NCBI RefSeq assembly: GCF_046119375.1 | Contig: NW_027362767.1 | Location: forward strand, 402,504,001-402,568,000 | Reading direction: 5' to 3' | DNA length: 64,000 bases | Source of the DNA: Phyllobates terribilis | Taxonomy: Eukaryota | Part shown: positions 24,106-37,048 of the stretch, in pieces | Layout: the number at the start of each line of letters is the position of its first letter | Position numbering within the stretch: the stretch's first letter is position 1 | Notes under the pieces: model-generated | What the model was told of the DNA's origin: nothing | What the model saw: the letters and a program-made list of their open reading frames with translations, nothing else | The model's database searches: none | Made by a program: the position numbers and the translations under genes

Positions 24106-25727
24106 CAGTACAGACCAAAAGTTTGGACATGCCTTCTAATTTAAAGATTTTTCTGTATTTTCATGACTTTGAAAATTGTACATTCACACTGAAGGCATCA
24201 AAACTATGAATTAACACATGTGGAATTATATACTTAACAAAAAAGTGTGAAACAACTGAAAATATGTCTTATATTCTAGGTTCTTCAAAGTAGCCACCTT
24301 TTGCTTTGATGACTGCTTTGCACTCTTGGCATTCTCTTGATGAACTTCAAGAGGTAGTCACCGGAAATGGTCTTCACTTCACAGGTGTGCCCTGTCAGGT
24401 TTAATAAGTGGGATTTCTTGCGTTATAAATGGGGTTGGGACCATCAGTTGTGTTGTGCAGAAGTCTGGTGGATACACAGCTGATAGTCCTACTGAATAGA
24501 CTGTTAGCTGCTTTTTTCTTGCCATAATACAAATTCTAAGTAAAGAAAAACAAGTGGCCTTCATTACTTTAAGAAATGAAGGTCAGTCAGTCTGAAAAAT
24601 TGGGAAAACTTTGAAAGTGTCCCCAAGTGCAGTTGCAAAAGCCATCAAGCGCTACAAAGAAACTAGCTCACATGAGGACCACCCCAGGAAAGGAAGACCA
24701 AGAGTCACCTCTGCTTCTGAGGATAAGTTTATCCGAGTCACCAGCCTCAGAAATCGCAGGTTAACAGCAGCTCAGATTAGAGACCAGGTCAATGCCACAC
24801 AGAGTTCTAGCAGCCGACACATCTCTACAACAACTGTTAAGAGGAGACTTTGTGCAGCAGGCCTTCATGGTAAAATAGCTGCAAGGAAACCACTGCTAAG
24901 GACAGGCAACAAGCAGAAGAGACTTGTTTGGGCTAAAGAACACAAGGAATGGACATTAGACCAGTGGAAATCTGTGCTTTGGTCTGATGAGTCCAAATTT
25001 GAGATCTTTGGTTCCAACCACCATGTCTTTGTGCGACGCAGAAAAGGTGAACGGATGAACTCTACATGCCTGGTTCCCACCGTGAAGCATAGAGGAGGAG
25101 GTGTGATGGTGTGGGGGGGCTTTGCTGGTGACACTGTTGGGGATTTATTCAAAATTGAAGGCATACTGAACCAGCATGGCTACCACAGCATCTTGCAGCG
25201 GCATGCTATTCCATCCGGTTTGCGTTTAGTTGGATCATCATTAATTTTTCAACAGGACAATGACTCCAAACACACCTCCAGGCTGTGTAAGGGCTATTTG
25301 ACCAAGAAGGGGAGTGATGGGGTGCTACGCCAGATGACCTGGCCTCCACAGTCACCAGACCTGAACCCAATCGAGATGGTTTGGGGTGAGCTGGACCGCA
25401 GAGTGAAGGCAAAAGGGCCAACCAGTGCTAGGCATCTCTGGGAACTCCAAGATTGTTGGAAGACCATTTCCGGTGACTACCTCTTGAAGCTCATCAAGAG
25501 AATGCCAAGAGTGTGCAAAGCAGTCATCAAAGCAAAAGGTGGCTACTTTGAAGAACCTAGAATATAAGACATATTTTCAGTTGTTTCACACTTTTTTGTT
25601 AAGTATATAATTCCACATGTGTTAATTCATAGTTTTGATGCCTTCAGTGTGAATGTACAATTTTCATAGTCATGAAAATACAGAAATTTCTTTAAATGAG
25701 GTGTGTCCAAACTTTTGGTCTATACTG
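24106..25727 (+). mobile_element. Full-length DD38E Tc1-like element (defective) in PSMD8 intron 5
   Basis: TA|CAGTACAGACC...GGTCTATACTG|TA with long TIRs; transposase ORF remnant 24611-25567; start region inverted and a TGA in the N-terminal part. Confidence 0.95.
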
Positions 25728-25729
25728 TA

Positions 25730-27510
25730 AGTACATAAGTTTTCCCGGAAACTGCACTCATCAAAGTAACCAATGACCTTCTGACAGCAAAACGTAATGG
25801 CGATCACTCTCTGCTCGTTCTTCTTGACCTCTCTGCAGCCTTTGACACCGTTGACCACCACCTCCTACTCTCTATGCTCCACTCAATCAGCATAAAGGAC
25901 TCTGCTCTCTCCTGGTTCTCCTCCTACCTATCTGACCGCTCTTTCAGTGTATCGTTCGCTGGCTCCACTTCTACCCCTCTTCCTCTCACTATTGGGGTTC
26001 CTCAGGGTTCAGTCCTTGGCCCTCTTCTCTTCTCTCTCTACACAGCCCCAATTGGACAGACCATCAGCAAATTTGGTTTTCAGTACCATCTTTATGCTGA
26101 TGACACACAACTATACACCTCATCCCCTGACCTTACCCCCACTGTACTACAGAACACCAGTGACTGTCTGGCCGCAGTTTCTAATATCATGTCCGCTCTC
26201 TACCTGAAACTCAACCTTTCCAAAACTGAACAACTTCTGCTCCCGCCGTCTAATCACCTCTCGAAATCTGACATCTCTCTCTCTCCGTGTGTGGCACCAC
26301 AATAATGCCAAGCCAGCAGGCGCGTTGTCTGGGCGTTGTGTTTGACACCAATCTCTCCTTCACCTTCCACATACAATCTCTTGCCCGCTCTTGTCGCTTG
26401 CACCTGAAGAACATCTCTAGAATCCGCCCCATTCTCACCTTGGAAACAACAAAAACCTTCACTGTTGCCCTGATCCACTCCCACCTTGACTACTGTAACT
26501 CTCTATTAATTGGCCTCCCCCCTCACTCGACTTTCCGCCCTCCAGTCCATCCTTAACCCTTGAACGCATACCTGGGGCCTCGCAGGCCCGCCCTGTTAAT
26601 TGTTTTATATTTTCTGCAAGATTACTTTAGTTAGCATTTTGAAACTCTAGGTATTCCTCAGGTATATAGTTGTTTGTCATTTTTGTTTGAGTTATTCCAT
26701 GTTATTTGCACACGGGCCTAAAAGGCCCCAGGTATGTGAAAAAGTAGATTCTCATGGTCATGCGTTCTAGGGTTAATGCTGCAGCCAGGGTCATCTACTT
26801 GGCTAACCGTTACTCAGACTCCTCCGCTCTGTGCCAGTCATTGCACTGGCTGCCCATGAATTATAGGATCCAATTTAAATTGCTTGTTCTCACCCACAAA
26901 GCTCTCCACAGTGCGGAGCCCCCTACATCTCTTCCCTCATTTCTGTTTATTGGCCTACCCTTTCTCTACGCTCCGCAAGAGACTTTCGACTAACATCCGC
27001 ACTAATCCGTACCTCCCACTCCCGGCTTCAAGACTTCTCCCGAGCTGCACCTATTCTTTGGAATGCTCTACCCCAAGAAATTAGGATGAACCACAACTTA
27101 CACAGTTTTAGACGCTCCCTAAAAACACACCTGTTTAGGGCAGCATATCACCTTTCCTAATCAAAGTCCTTTTATCTTCTTATAGCCCATCCCTTATTTC
27201 TCCACACAACTCTCCACCGAACCAAAAAGCACCACAAATACTGGCTGGTGATGAGCTCATGCAGCCTTTATCTATCCCTCATCCCCTCAAGATGGCTGGA
27301 CCATCCTAGTAAATAAGCCATTGTACTTTGTGTCACCCCCACTTCATTGTAGATTGTAAGCTCTTACGAGCAGGGTCGCCATTATTTTTGCTGTAATTAT
27401 TGTATTATCTTTAGCTATGTTACTTATGACTGTTGTATATGAACCTGTGAATTGTTAAGCGCTGCGGAATATGTTGGCGCTATATAAATAAAGATTATTA
27501 TTATTATTAT
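25730..27510 (+). mobile_element. 5'-truncated L2/CR1-clade LINE
   Basis: RT motifs [16 protein letters not shown] and YADDTQLY; 3' end AATAAAG(ATT)n. Confidence 0.9.
26557..26772. mobile_element. piggyBac-like MITE inside the L2
   Basis: TTAA|CCCTTGAACGCAT...ATGCGTTCTAGGG|TTAA. Confidence 0.85.
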
Positions 27511-27574
27511 ATATGTTTGAGAGGCCTTAAAACGTGGTGTGCCTAAAGGACCAATCATTTTATTTATTTTTTAA

Positions 27575-28711
27575 CCTATTTACGTCATATGTTGTGTCTC
27601 CCACTTTGATGCTGGCTCTGGCGCATCTTTCCCCGCACTTGACAGCTGATGTAATCAGCCCTCATGTGCCTTTCACAGCCGCAGATGGATCGGAGCAGCG
27701 TCTATTAACCAGTTAAATTCTACTGTCCATCTCTGAAAGCGGGATTTAACACACGCCGGCCGGAAGTGCGTCACAAATCACGCCCATCTGCGCCCGTGTC
27801 ATGTGAGCAGGGGGTCCCCGATGCTGGGGGTCTACAGAAGACACCTGTGCCTGTCATTGTGAAGCTCCTGTGAATGCCGGCTTGTGGCCAGCATTCATAG
27901 ACCATGATTTTAGCTATACATAACAGGGCTGAATCCCTGCTATGTATATCAGAGGTGATCGGATGATCACTGCTTCAGTTCTCCTAAGAAAACTATTAAA
28001 TAAAGTGAAGAAGAAAATATTATAAAAAAAAAAAAGTTCAAATTACACCCCCCCCTTTATTCCCCATTGAAAATAAAGCCATAAAAAAATACATATTCGG
28101 TATCGCTGCGTTCAGAAACGTCCGACCTATCAAAATACAAAGTAAATAATCCGATCAGAAAATGGCATAACAAGAAGGAAAAAAAAAAATCAAACTGCCA
28201 GAATTGCTTTTTTTTTTTTTTGTTGACTGCAACATTGCAGTAAGAGGCGATCAAAATATCACATCTACCCCAAAATGGTATCAATAAAAACGTCAGCTCA
28301 AGGCGTAAAAAAACAAGCCATCACCCGGCCCCAGATCACGAAAAATGGAAACGCTACAGGTCTCGGAAAATGGCGTCAAACGCTAAAACGTTTTCATGCA
28401 AATTTAGAAAAAAAAAATTTCACCACTTGCCAAACACGTATAGTTTTTTTTTATCTGCGAACTCGTACTGACCTGGAGAATCCTAATGTCTGGTCAGTTT
28501 TACCATATAGTGGAATTGCACCTTTTTTCAATTACAATGCAGTTGGAATCTTTTTCCAGTGCACTGTGGTAAAATCAATGGTGTCATCAAAAGTGCAACT
28601 CGTCCCGCAAAAAAAACAAGCCCTCATGTGGCGCTATAGACAAAAAAATTAAAGTTATGGCTCTTAGACGGGGAGAAAAAAAAAAAGGAAAATGGCCATG
28701 GTGTGAAAGGG
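27575..28711 (+). mobile_element. Non-autonomous TTAA-type DNA transposon (degenerate piggyBac-like ends)
   Basis: TTAACCTATTT...GAAAGGGCTAA ends; shares internal sequence with 800-1430 and about 22510-22830. Confidence 0.55.
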
Positions 28712-29068
28712 CTAAAGAGGAGCGGTCTCTGTATCCTCGGGGGCGTCTTTACAACAGTATTTATGCAGTTTAATGCCCGAGATGTGCAGATCAGAAAAAT
28801 GTCACCTTAAAAGGAACCTGGCTGTCTGGCAAAGTCGCAGCTGAGATCAACCTTCACCTAATGTGATCTTCTTACATGACGCATCAGACTTTTATATCAA
28901 GGACATTTCCCCTTTAAAGCTACAGCACTCTACAGGCCCTAACTCATAAAACTGTGTCATAGAGAATATTTGTGTTTTTGTTTTTTTTCTGCTGTTTTTC
29001 AGCACTTTGGAGGATATTGGTGTTTTCTCCATTCATAGACCAGCATTATAATAATGTTCCTTCTTTAG

Positions 29069-29180
29069 GGATGAGATTGCCGGCTGCATTGAGAAGGCCT
29101 ATGAGAAGATCCTCTTTAATGAGGCCACCAGGATATTGTTCTTCAGCACCCCGAAGAAGATGACAGACTATGCAAAGAAG
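29069..29180 (+). CDS. PSMD8: PSMD8 exon 6 (112 nt)
   Basis: TTTAG| acceptor; encodes [37 protein letters not shown]; donor AAG|GTGAGT. Confidence 0.97.
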
Positions 29181-29847
29181 GTGAGTATGGTTGTGTATCT
29201 ACTGGGAGATCCAGCTCCCTGGCGGGGCAGAATGGATCACTGATTCTGTAATAATACAGAGAGACTTGCATGATCACGACACCTGGGGAGTTTGTAACGT
29301 CTATTTACAGCCGGCCTGACTCTGTACGAACAGCAGCCCTGACATGTGTCTCTAGTACCGGGGCAGCGCACACTACAGGAGACCCTCCCTGCCGCTGAGA
29401 GTGGGATGCATCTAGATGTATCAGCTAATGCTTCACTGGCACGGCTGGGACTGGTGATTGGTTTACCTGTTGTTGTGTTTTGTTTTTTTGTCCTACCCTA
29501 AATTGAGGAGGGTGCAAGGTCTCTGCTCATATCCATGGACCAGAAGACTGTACCCAGCCGTCTTAATAGCAGGATAGAGGAGGACATTTTGCCTCTTAAT
29601 ACCCAGTCAGTCGAGCAAAAATATTTGCATATATAAGCCACCATATTGATAGTTTGTGTCTCTGCTAGACCGGAGCCCTGCGAGCTGTCTGCCTCCTATC
29701 TGAGAACATCTTGGGTGCGTCTTCTGATTAATGACGTTGCGCCGGGTTTACTAATTGGGAGAGGAGCCCGGCAGATGGGGGGGAGGCTCACAGGGCTCTG
29801 GTGTGGCTGCTAGATCAGGGTCCTGGGGGATGGGACAGGGACCAGTG

Positions 29848-29968
29848 AGGGAGGAAACCCAAGCAATCACAGGGAGAACATAGAAACTCCTTGCAGATGT
29901 TGTCATTGGTGGGACTTGAACTCAGGACCCCAGCACTGCAAAGCAACTGTGCTAACCACTGAGCCACC
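29848..29968 (-). mobile_element. tRNA-derived SINE (V-SINE-like) 5' part in PSMD8 intron 6
   Basis: The - strand reads GGTGGCTCAGTGG (A box) ... GAGTTCAAGTCCC (B box) ... TATGTTCTCCCTGTG...GGGTTTCCTCC. Confidence 0.8.
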
Positions 29969-30279
29969 AGTGCTATGTGAGTGGAGCTGGCCTAACTGTT
30001 GTAATCTGCAGTCTGCCTGTCACCTTCACACACAGTAGTGGTCACACATCGACAGTCGCATGGGCCATATAATGTGGTGTCGTCAGATACGTGATGATCG
30101 TGCACACGTCCTGACTACCTGCAGACATTCTGTCCTCGCTGCTCACCACCTGATACAGAAATTAGGGCTCCGTACCATATAACCCTGTATTCTTTCAGAA
30201 TGACCCTTGTTTATAACTGGTGATGGCAATCTCCATGTAATATAAACGCCTGTTCTTCTTCTTTTTCTTGTCTTTACAG

Positions 30280-30417
30280 CGCGGTTGGGTACTGGGCCCT
30301 AATAACTACTACAGTTTCAGCAGCCAGCAGCAGAATCCGGAGGAGGCCACAATTCCTTCCACTGAATTAGCCAAACAAGTGATTGAATATGCCCGCCAGC
30401 TGGAAATGATCGTATAA
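30280..30417 (+). CDS. PSMD8: PSMD8 exon 7, coding part to the stop codon
   Basis: TTACAG| acceptor; encodes [45 protein letters not shown] (TAA 30415-30417). The seven exons total 822 nt, an open 273-aa frame. Confidence 0.97.
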   Translation, partial: RGWVLGPNNYYSFSSQQQNPEEATIPSTELAKQVIEYARQLEMIV

Positions 30418-30570
30418 ATGACAGGAAGTCGTCCACGCCAACTTCCCACTTGTGTTCCCTTTTCTGGTCTGCCTGTTCACTCGCCATCCTCACTTTGGTA
30501 TCTCATTAATTTTATAGACAGTAGATTTGGGGAGGGAGGGGGCAGGGGATGTTTTGTAAGAAGATTTATT

Positions 30571-30576
30571 ATTAAA
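30571..30576 (+). terminator. Candidate PSMD8 polyadenylation signal (ATTAAA)
   Basis: Variant hexamer about 155 nt after the stop codon, followed by GT-rich sequence. Confidence 0.5.
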
Positions 30577-31283
30577 TTATACCCGTGGGCTGGTTTGATG
30601 GAGCGATGCCACCTTCTGTAACCTAAAACATTATTTTATTTTTTATTTTTGGACAGAGCAAATACTTTTGACACGTTGTTATAAGATATCTGAAGGTTCT
30701 GCTTCTTCCTTCCCATGAACCTTGTTGTAATAAGGTCAATAAGACCACATATTGTAGCATAGGTCTGTGGGTATAAAGGGGTGGTCACAACTAGGTCCCT
30801 GCTTCTCCAAATCAAGCTGTCTAGGTGATTGGTTAATATCTCCGGGCGACCACACACTTTCCCTATAAAGATCCAAGGATTGATCTGGCTATTAAGGGGT
30901 GAGGGTCTATGAACAGGGTTGTAGTCATTGGATTTTATATCCTCCACTGGGTTTTTGAGACCATCTTGCTTGATATGTAATATGTGTATATATGGCCCAG
31001 CTTAGACCACCGGTCCAGGGGCCACGTTTGCCATACTTGCCTGAAGCAACACATCCAAAGTGCATTTATAACTTTGGCATTGGTTTCTACCATCTTGGTC
31101 CCATTCAGCCATTATGCTCGGCACAGAATTTGTCAGCGGCTCTTTCTACCAACATGGGGATCTTTTTTTTTTTTTTTTTTTTTTTTGGCTGATTAGGGCA
31201 GAAGAGTATAGCCTTGACTACCACAGGTCTGTATTTAAATGGACCTGGAAAAGTAATATTTGTCTACACAACCTTGTATTTAA

Positions 31284-31628
31284 AGGGGTATTCCCATCTC
31301 CATGATCTTATCCCAATATGTAGTAGGTGTAATAATAATAACATCAAATACCTCCAATTAGAAATGTAGTATAGTTCTTCTGATTCACTGTCTCTCTTAC
31401 CCCATGTCCAGGGCATTGCAGTCACTATCCAGGTATCCATGGTAACAACAACAACTAACAGCTATCTAAACTGAGCGGACATAACCATGGATACCTGGAT
31501 AGTGACTGCAATGCCCTGGACATGGGGTAAGCGACATAGCGAATCAGAAGAACAATGCTACATTTCTGATTGGAGGTATTTGCTAATATTCTGATACCGT
31601 CTAGATATTGGAGATGGGAATACCCCTT
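31284..31628. mobile_element. Kolobok/T2-type MITE
   Basis: TTAA|AGGGGTATTCCCATCT...AGATGGGAATACCCCT followed by TTTAA; inverted arms. Confidence 0.85.
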
Positions 31629-32512
31629 TTAACTGTGATTTTAAAAAAAAAAATAAATAAATAAAAGCTGATCTTTTGAGACGTTCAGACTTGTTTTTTT
31701 TGCACGGGGTTCACTTTCGACAATTTATTATGAGGTCTTCTCTCCGATTCCTTTTCCTTTAAAACTAGAGAACCACAGGCATCCATCCAAAAGATTCCTA
31801 TTGAGCTCCTTGTCCAGCAGGAGCTGCCCGTCGCCCCGTGTCTTCCTGGCAGTATATACAGAGGGGCACACATTCGCAAGAAGAACGCCTTGATCAATTG
31901 CTGGCTATGGCGTCTACAGTATAAGCAGGAACTGTGCAAAATAAGAAGTCCCTGATTATATTTAGGTATACAATGTGTATAAATGCACTGAAGGGTCTCT
32001 GCTTTACTGCATAATTTTAGCCATACCTTATTTTACAGAAACTGTCATAAAAGAAATAGGTGCGATATATGTGGCCAATGTATTCCTGTACAGTCTGAGG
32101 TAGATATGTGAATGCTTCATCTAATCGGCATAAAATGAAGTGTGAACAGAGCCTGAGAATGTAGCAAGAGTAAAACAAAACAAATATTTGCAGGACCCCG
32201 GTGCAGCGGCCACGTCTGGACCAGATTTCCGTGAACCTCCTCTTACCTGCTGCCTCTTCTGATGCTGTGCACAATATTCGGAAGAGGTGGGAGAAGGTTC
32301 GCTGGACTACTGACGTGACCACTGAACCCAACAAATCTTTTTGCTCAGCTCCAAGGGTAACATATGGTTTTGCTGAAGACCCCTCCTTACCTGTAATACT
32401 CCATAGTGGCCACATAAATCTCCCATTAGGGTGAAGGTGATCAAGCAGTCCCAAATGTTAACGTATGATATGTAACTGCTGCAGATAGCTGACCTGGTGC
32501 TCACGTTTTGTA

Positions 32513-32518
32513 TTTATT
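32513..32518 (-). terminator. Candidate GGN polyadenylation signal (AATAAA on - strand)
   Basis: TTTATT on the + strand, about 80 nt downstream of the GGN stop. Confidence 0.55.
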
Positions 32519-32595
32519 ATGCATTTGGTGTGGTGGCACGCTTGCTCTGCGATGTTACTCCCATCGCCCATGTCCATGTTGGTATAGTAATCCCT

Positions 32596-32752
32596 CTATT
32601 TGGGATGCTTGTTGGGTGCAGTACTGTTCATTTCCGACCCCCGTGAAGAATTGCGCTCCAGCAGGAGTCTCGTCCCAGCGACTAAGGAAGATGCAACTTT
32701 TAGAGTGGTGACCCACATCGGCTCTGCCAGCTTGTTCTGTGACACCGAAAAC
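32596..32752 (-). CDS. GGN: GGN last coding exon
   Basis: Acceptor CCAACAG|G completes the split Trp codon, then FSVSQNKLAEPMWVTTLKVASSLVAGTRLLLERNSS...HPK* (human recalled as LSTSTNHLGEPPWVATIKLSGSLVAK). TAG at 32598-32596. Spliced product is 757 aa. Confidence 0.88.
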
Positions 32753-33044
32753 CTGTTGGCAAAGTTGTTCAGAATGAGATCTTCTCTAGGAAAACCATTA
32801 ATTACCAATCCCCCTTACATCCAATACAGTCTACCCCAAAGTTCAGACAAACGTGTTCTCACGGGCAAAATATTAGGAAGTGAATAACGTGAGTGACCCT
32901 GCTGGTTTATTGCAATCTGTAGTTGCAGATCCGTTAGCTGTTATTAGGCTATGTCCACACAGTTTTTTGAGGACTATTTTTGGAGCAGAAACTCTCAAAA
33001 ACTTGGAGGTTGTGCTCCAATAACTATGCAAAAGACTGCACATA

Positions 33045-34039
33045 CAGTGGCATGTAAAAGTTTAGGCACCCCAAACTTGACTGCAAAAGACCTTTCAGAA
33101 AGATTGTGGTACATTGTTTTACCATTCGGAGACACCTGCACAAATATGGCCTTCATGGAAGAGTCATCAGAAGAAAACCTCTCCTGCATCATCACCAAAA
33201 CATTCAGCAGTGCAAAAGAACATCTAAACAAGCCTGATGCATTTTGGAAACAAGTCATGAGGTTAAAATAGAACTCTATGGCCACAATGATCAAAGGTAT
33301 GTGTTTAGAAAAAAGGGCACAGAACTTCAGAAAAAGAACATCTCACCAACCATTAAGCATGGGGGAGGATCAATCATGCGTTGGGGTTGTGTTGCAGCCA
33401 ATGGCAAGGTGAACATTTTATGGGTAGAGGGAAGAATGGATTCAATCAAATTTCAAGAAATTCTTGAAGCAAACATAGCACCATCTGTACAAAAGCTGAA
33501 GTTGAAACGAGGATGGATTCTACAAATGGATAATGATCCTAAACACAGGTCAAAATCCACAATAGACGACCTCAAAAGGAGCAAACTGAAGGTTTTACAA
33601 TGGCCCTCACAGTCCCCTGATCTTAACATCATTGGAAATCTGTGGCTAGACTTCAAAATAGCAGTGCATGGAAGACGACCCAGGAATCTCACAGAACTGG
33701 AAGAATTCTGCAAGGAAGAAAATCCCTCAAAGAAGAATTGCAAGTCTCTTCTGGCTATAAAACGCGTTTACAAGCTGTGATACTGTCAAAAGGGGGCGCT
33801 ACTAGTACTAACCATGCAGGGTGCCCAAACTTTTGTATCGGCCCATTTTCCTTTTTGTAATTTTTAAAATGTAAAACATGAATATATATATATTTTTTTT
33901 GCCTAAAATAAAAAGGAAATGTGTCATCTTTAACTTTAGGCCTTTTAGAGATCATTACATCTCCAACTTTCCAACTTGCTTAATTGTTCGCAATAACAGT
34001 AATTTTCACAAGGGGTGCCCAAACTTCTACATGACACTG
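33045..34039 (+). mobile_element. Internally deleted DD34E Tc1 element in the last GGN intron
   Basis: TA|CAGTGGCATG...CATGACACTG|TA; ORF 33244-33780 has DNDPKH...SPDLNIIG, with 34-residue spacing and the catalytic Glu replaced by Gly. Confidence 0.9.
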
Positions 34040-34931
34040 TACCCTAAATATGGTAGTTGGAGCAGCTGGTCTGCTGTGTGCAGTACAGATAAGCGATTTG
34101 ATTTGCAGCAACCCGGTGAGTATTCTGCAGCCACGAGCCCTGTGAACCACCTCCTACCTGTTGGCGTGCTTCGCTCCTCTTCTGATTAGCCGGTCTGGCG
34201 TGATGCCATTATAGTGCGACTTGTACGTGCAACCAATGTTGTGCCAGGCTGGCTAATCAAAAGAGGAGAAATCAGCAGGTAGGAGGGTGGTTCGCAGGTC
34301 TCCAATCTAGAGACCTAAGAATACTGACTGGTATTAACACCAACAAAGGTTCTTTACAAAATCGTCCTACGGAAGAAAAATAAATGGATGTGTAGATATC
34401 TGAAATCTATATACTGTAGAGGAGGGTTCAAGAAAAATAAGTACAGCCCTCTGTACTTCCGTTGAAGCTGTTGAGTTTGTCATGAACTCCAGGGCTAGTC
34501 TAGACTTACGCTATGAAACTTGGATTGGATGTGTGAAAAATAGCTTTAGTAATATACTCTAATTACAATAGCTGACTTGAATTTAGCACCAGGTTTATTC
34601 AGCCACTGAAAGGCATCCCCCTACTGTCAACACATGACTAATGATGTAGATGACTTGGGCTGTTTGTCAGGCTTAGTTCATTAGCTAAGCCAGCCCCCTT
34701 CTCCATTTCTTATGAAGAGAAAGAGGCTTTGCTAATAACCTGAGCCTCCTTCAAGCTTCAGATGCCAAAAGAGAAAGGGTGGGAACATACTTTCTGTGTT
34801 CATGAAGTGGAATGGTGCTGAAATCAGGACATCAGGTCAGATCTAATTTTTTTTTTCAAGCCAATAGGATAAAAAACTTTTTGTGCAGCTGAACCCTGCT
34901 TTCAGATACTCCTAATATACCAAATACTCAC

Positions 34932-37048
34932 CAGCGGACTACATTAGGTGGAAGCTTCCCCGGACGATGTCTGCATATGCATTTCATGGTGCAATGGTTG
35001 TCAACATAAAAATCTTTCCACCTTCCAGATGGTTGACATTCTGGAGCCTCGTTGGGACCAGTCTTCTCTACGCCTACGTTACTATCTCGGACCTGTAGAC
35101 CGGTGGTTGGATCACTGGCTGATTTGTTCTCCACAACCACAAGAGACTGATCTGGAATCTGGTCTTTGGATTCTGGACATTCTCTAGCTTCCTGGGGGAC
35201 AGGAGTGCATGAGTTGCCCAAGTCAGAGGCATCGATATGTTCTTCGGCAGAGGTTACTAGAACATCAGACATGGGCATGAGTTGGGGTGTATTGGGCTTA
35301 ATCACAGGTGGTTCTTCCGGTGCTGGAGATTTAATTATTTGGTCACTGTTTTCAAGACTAACATCTGATATAGTATAGTCTTCTGGAGGCTTCACCGGCA
35401 GTGTAGACTCTGGGGTTTGTGGACTTGCTTCTTGTGGTTGGGAAGATACAACAGGCTTACTCTTGACTGGTTCTTTAGGTATACATGTAAGAGAGTTATG
35501 GCAGACCAGCTTACACTTGCTACGTCTTTCAATCGGGTATGACTGATAGACTTTGTCTTTATCAGGGTTGGCGTGTTCCTGAGCCTTCCCAGTTGAAATG
35601 TTTTTGGAAACTGTCCATGTTGACCCAAAATTTAGTGTGTTATTGGGTGTAAAGGCTTGATGTTTTGCCATGTTCCATGAGCCTTTAAACTGGGAATGAC
35701 CCTTTGTATTGTCCCAGGGAGAAGTCCATTGAAACCCGAGCTGTGGCTTGTTCACTTTAAAAGGTGGTGTCGATGGCTCTGTTGGCTTCCAACATTTTGT
35801 GATTTTTTTACTGCTTTCTGTCCCACAATATTTGGAGTTTACCTGATAACTGATTTGGCTTACATTACTCAAGGACGCTGCTTTTCTTGTGGCCTTGTGG
35901 GTTGTGTTCTGACGTCCAACAAGTTCCTCATTTTTATTGCATATTCCCCATGGTTGGGCGGTTTTAGGACTTCGTTTGAGGACATCTGCATAGGAGAAAC
36001 TCAAAGTTGACTTAATTTGTGCTTCTTCGTCAACTTTAGTTTGGACAGTGCAAAGCGACGGTTGGAGTATGCTCATTGAACCATCTTCAGTTGGACTCGT
36101 CTTTGTATTACAGTGAGTATCTGCTGCTTCTTGTGTAATTTTTTCAGCATCTCTATCTTGAAGGGCAAAAGCGTTGATAGAGGTTTCTGTCCCAGAATGT
36201 CCTGTGATGTTTTTTAATGTTCTCTGGGAAGATAATGGATGAGCTTTATTGGTTTGTTCAGTGGTTTGGGTGGCATCTAATGGATTGAGAACATCGTTGG
36301 GTTGTTGAGTAACGTTGGGCAATGATTCCAAGGCTGGAGAACTACTACAATCCAAGGACCTGCCTTGGTTGGTGGCATTTGTATCTGCAGCCTTTAGTGT
36401 TTGGTTTTCTGTTGGGGTCTTCCATTTAGTTCCCATTTCTTCCAGTTCTTCTTGATGGGTTATCTGATGTCCATCAGAACATATTATTGGCAGTTCTGCT
36501 AAATGTGTGTCTACAGAAATCATTCCTGGAGAGTAGAGAGGACTTTCATTTGGAAATGTGCCAAAAGAAAACCCCAACGTTTGTGGCCTTACACCCGTAG
36601 CATCCGTCATTACTAGATGACCTGCCATACTATTTCCGCTATCCGTTTTATGTTCTCTGCCTTCATCTGCCACTTCTGTGCTGGGAATTGCATACTTGAA
36701 AGGTTTTTCTACTTTTTCTTTGTTCAAGGTTGGAGGTTTTGACCATTGTTTTTCTGGTGGTTTTTGCTTAACTAGCGGCTCTGCGCTAACATTCAGATTT
36801 ATGTTCATCGGGAATGACCACGGAGGACGCAAAATGGGTTCCATGTCGATATCTTCTGCCGTCGGTCCCCAGAATCCCCGGTTTTCCTTTGCCGTTGTAA
36901 TCATCAAGCTCGTAAAGTAGGAATCATGGATGAGAGAAGACGCATCAAGTTGGGGTCCTTCATCAGTTCTTTCACGGTTTCTATTACCCAAATCTTCCTT
37001 TGCTATCTCGTAGGATTCCGATCTTTCCACACCCTGTACATTACCCAT
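34932..37048 (-). CDS. GGN: Gametogenetin-like protein, large coding exon
   Basis: Part of the 711-aa ORF. Starts MGNVQG (human GGN recalled as MGNLQS), contains FSYADVLKR (human ISYAEVLKQ) and ends WKDFYVDNHCTMKCICRHRPGKLPPNVVRW (human WLPFQVLNSCPCKCYCHHQPRHRRLPRNVSAW). Acceptor TTATTCTGCCAG| opens the exon at 37068 and donor TG|GTGAGT closes it at 34932. Convergent with PSMD8, as in mammals. Confidence 0.88.

Noticed and set aside
29848-29968. Pol III A/B boxes suggesting a tRNA gene
   Set aside because: No full cloverleaf is present, and the sequence continues into SINE body sequence.
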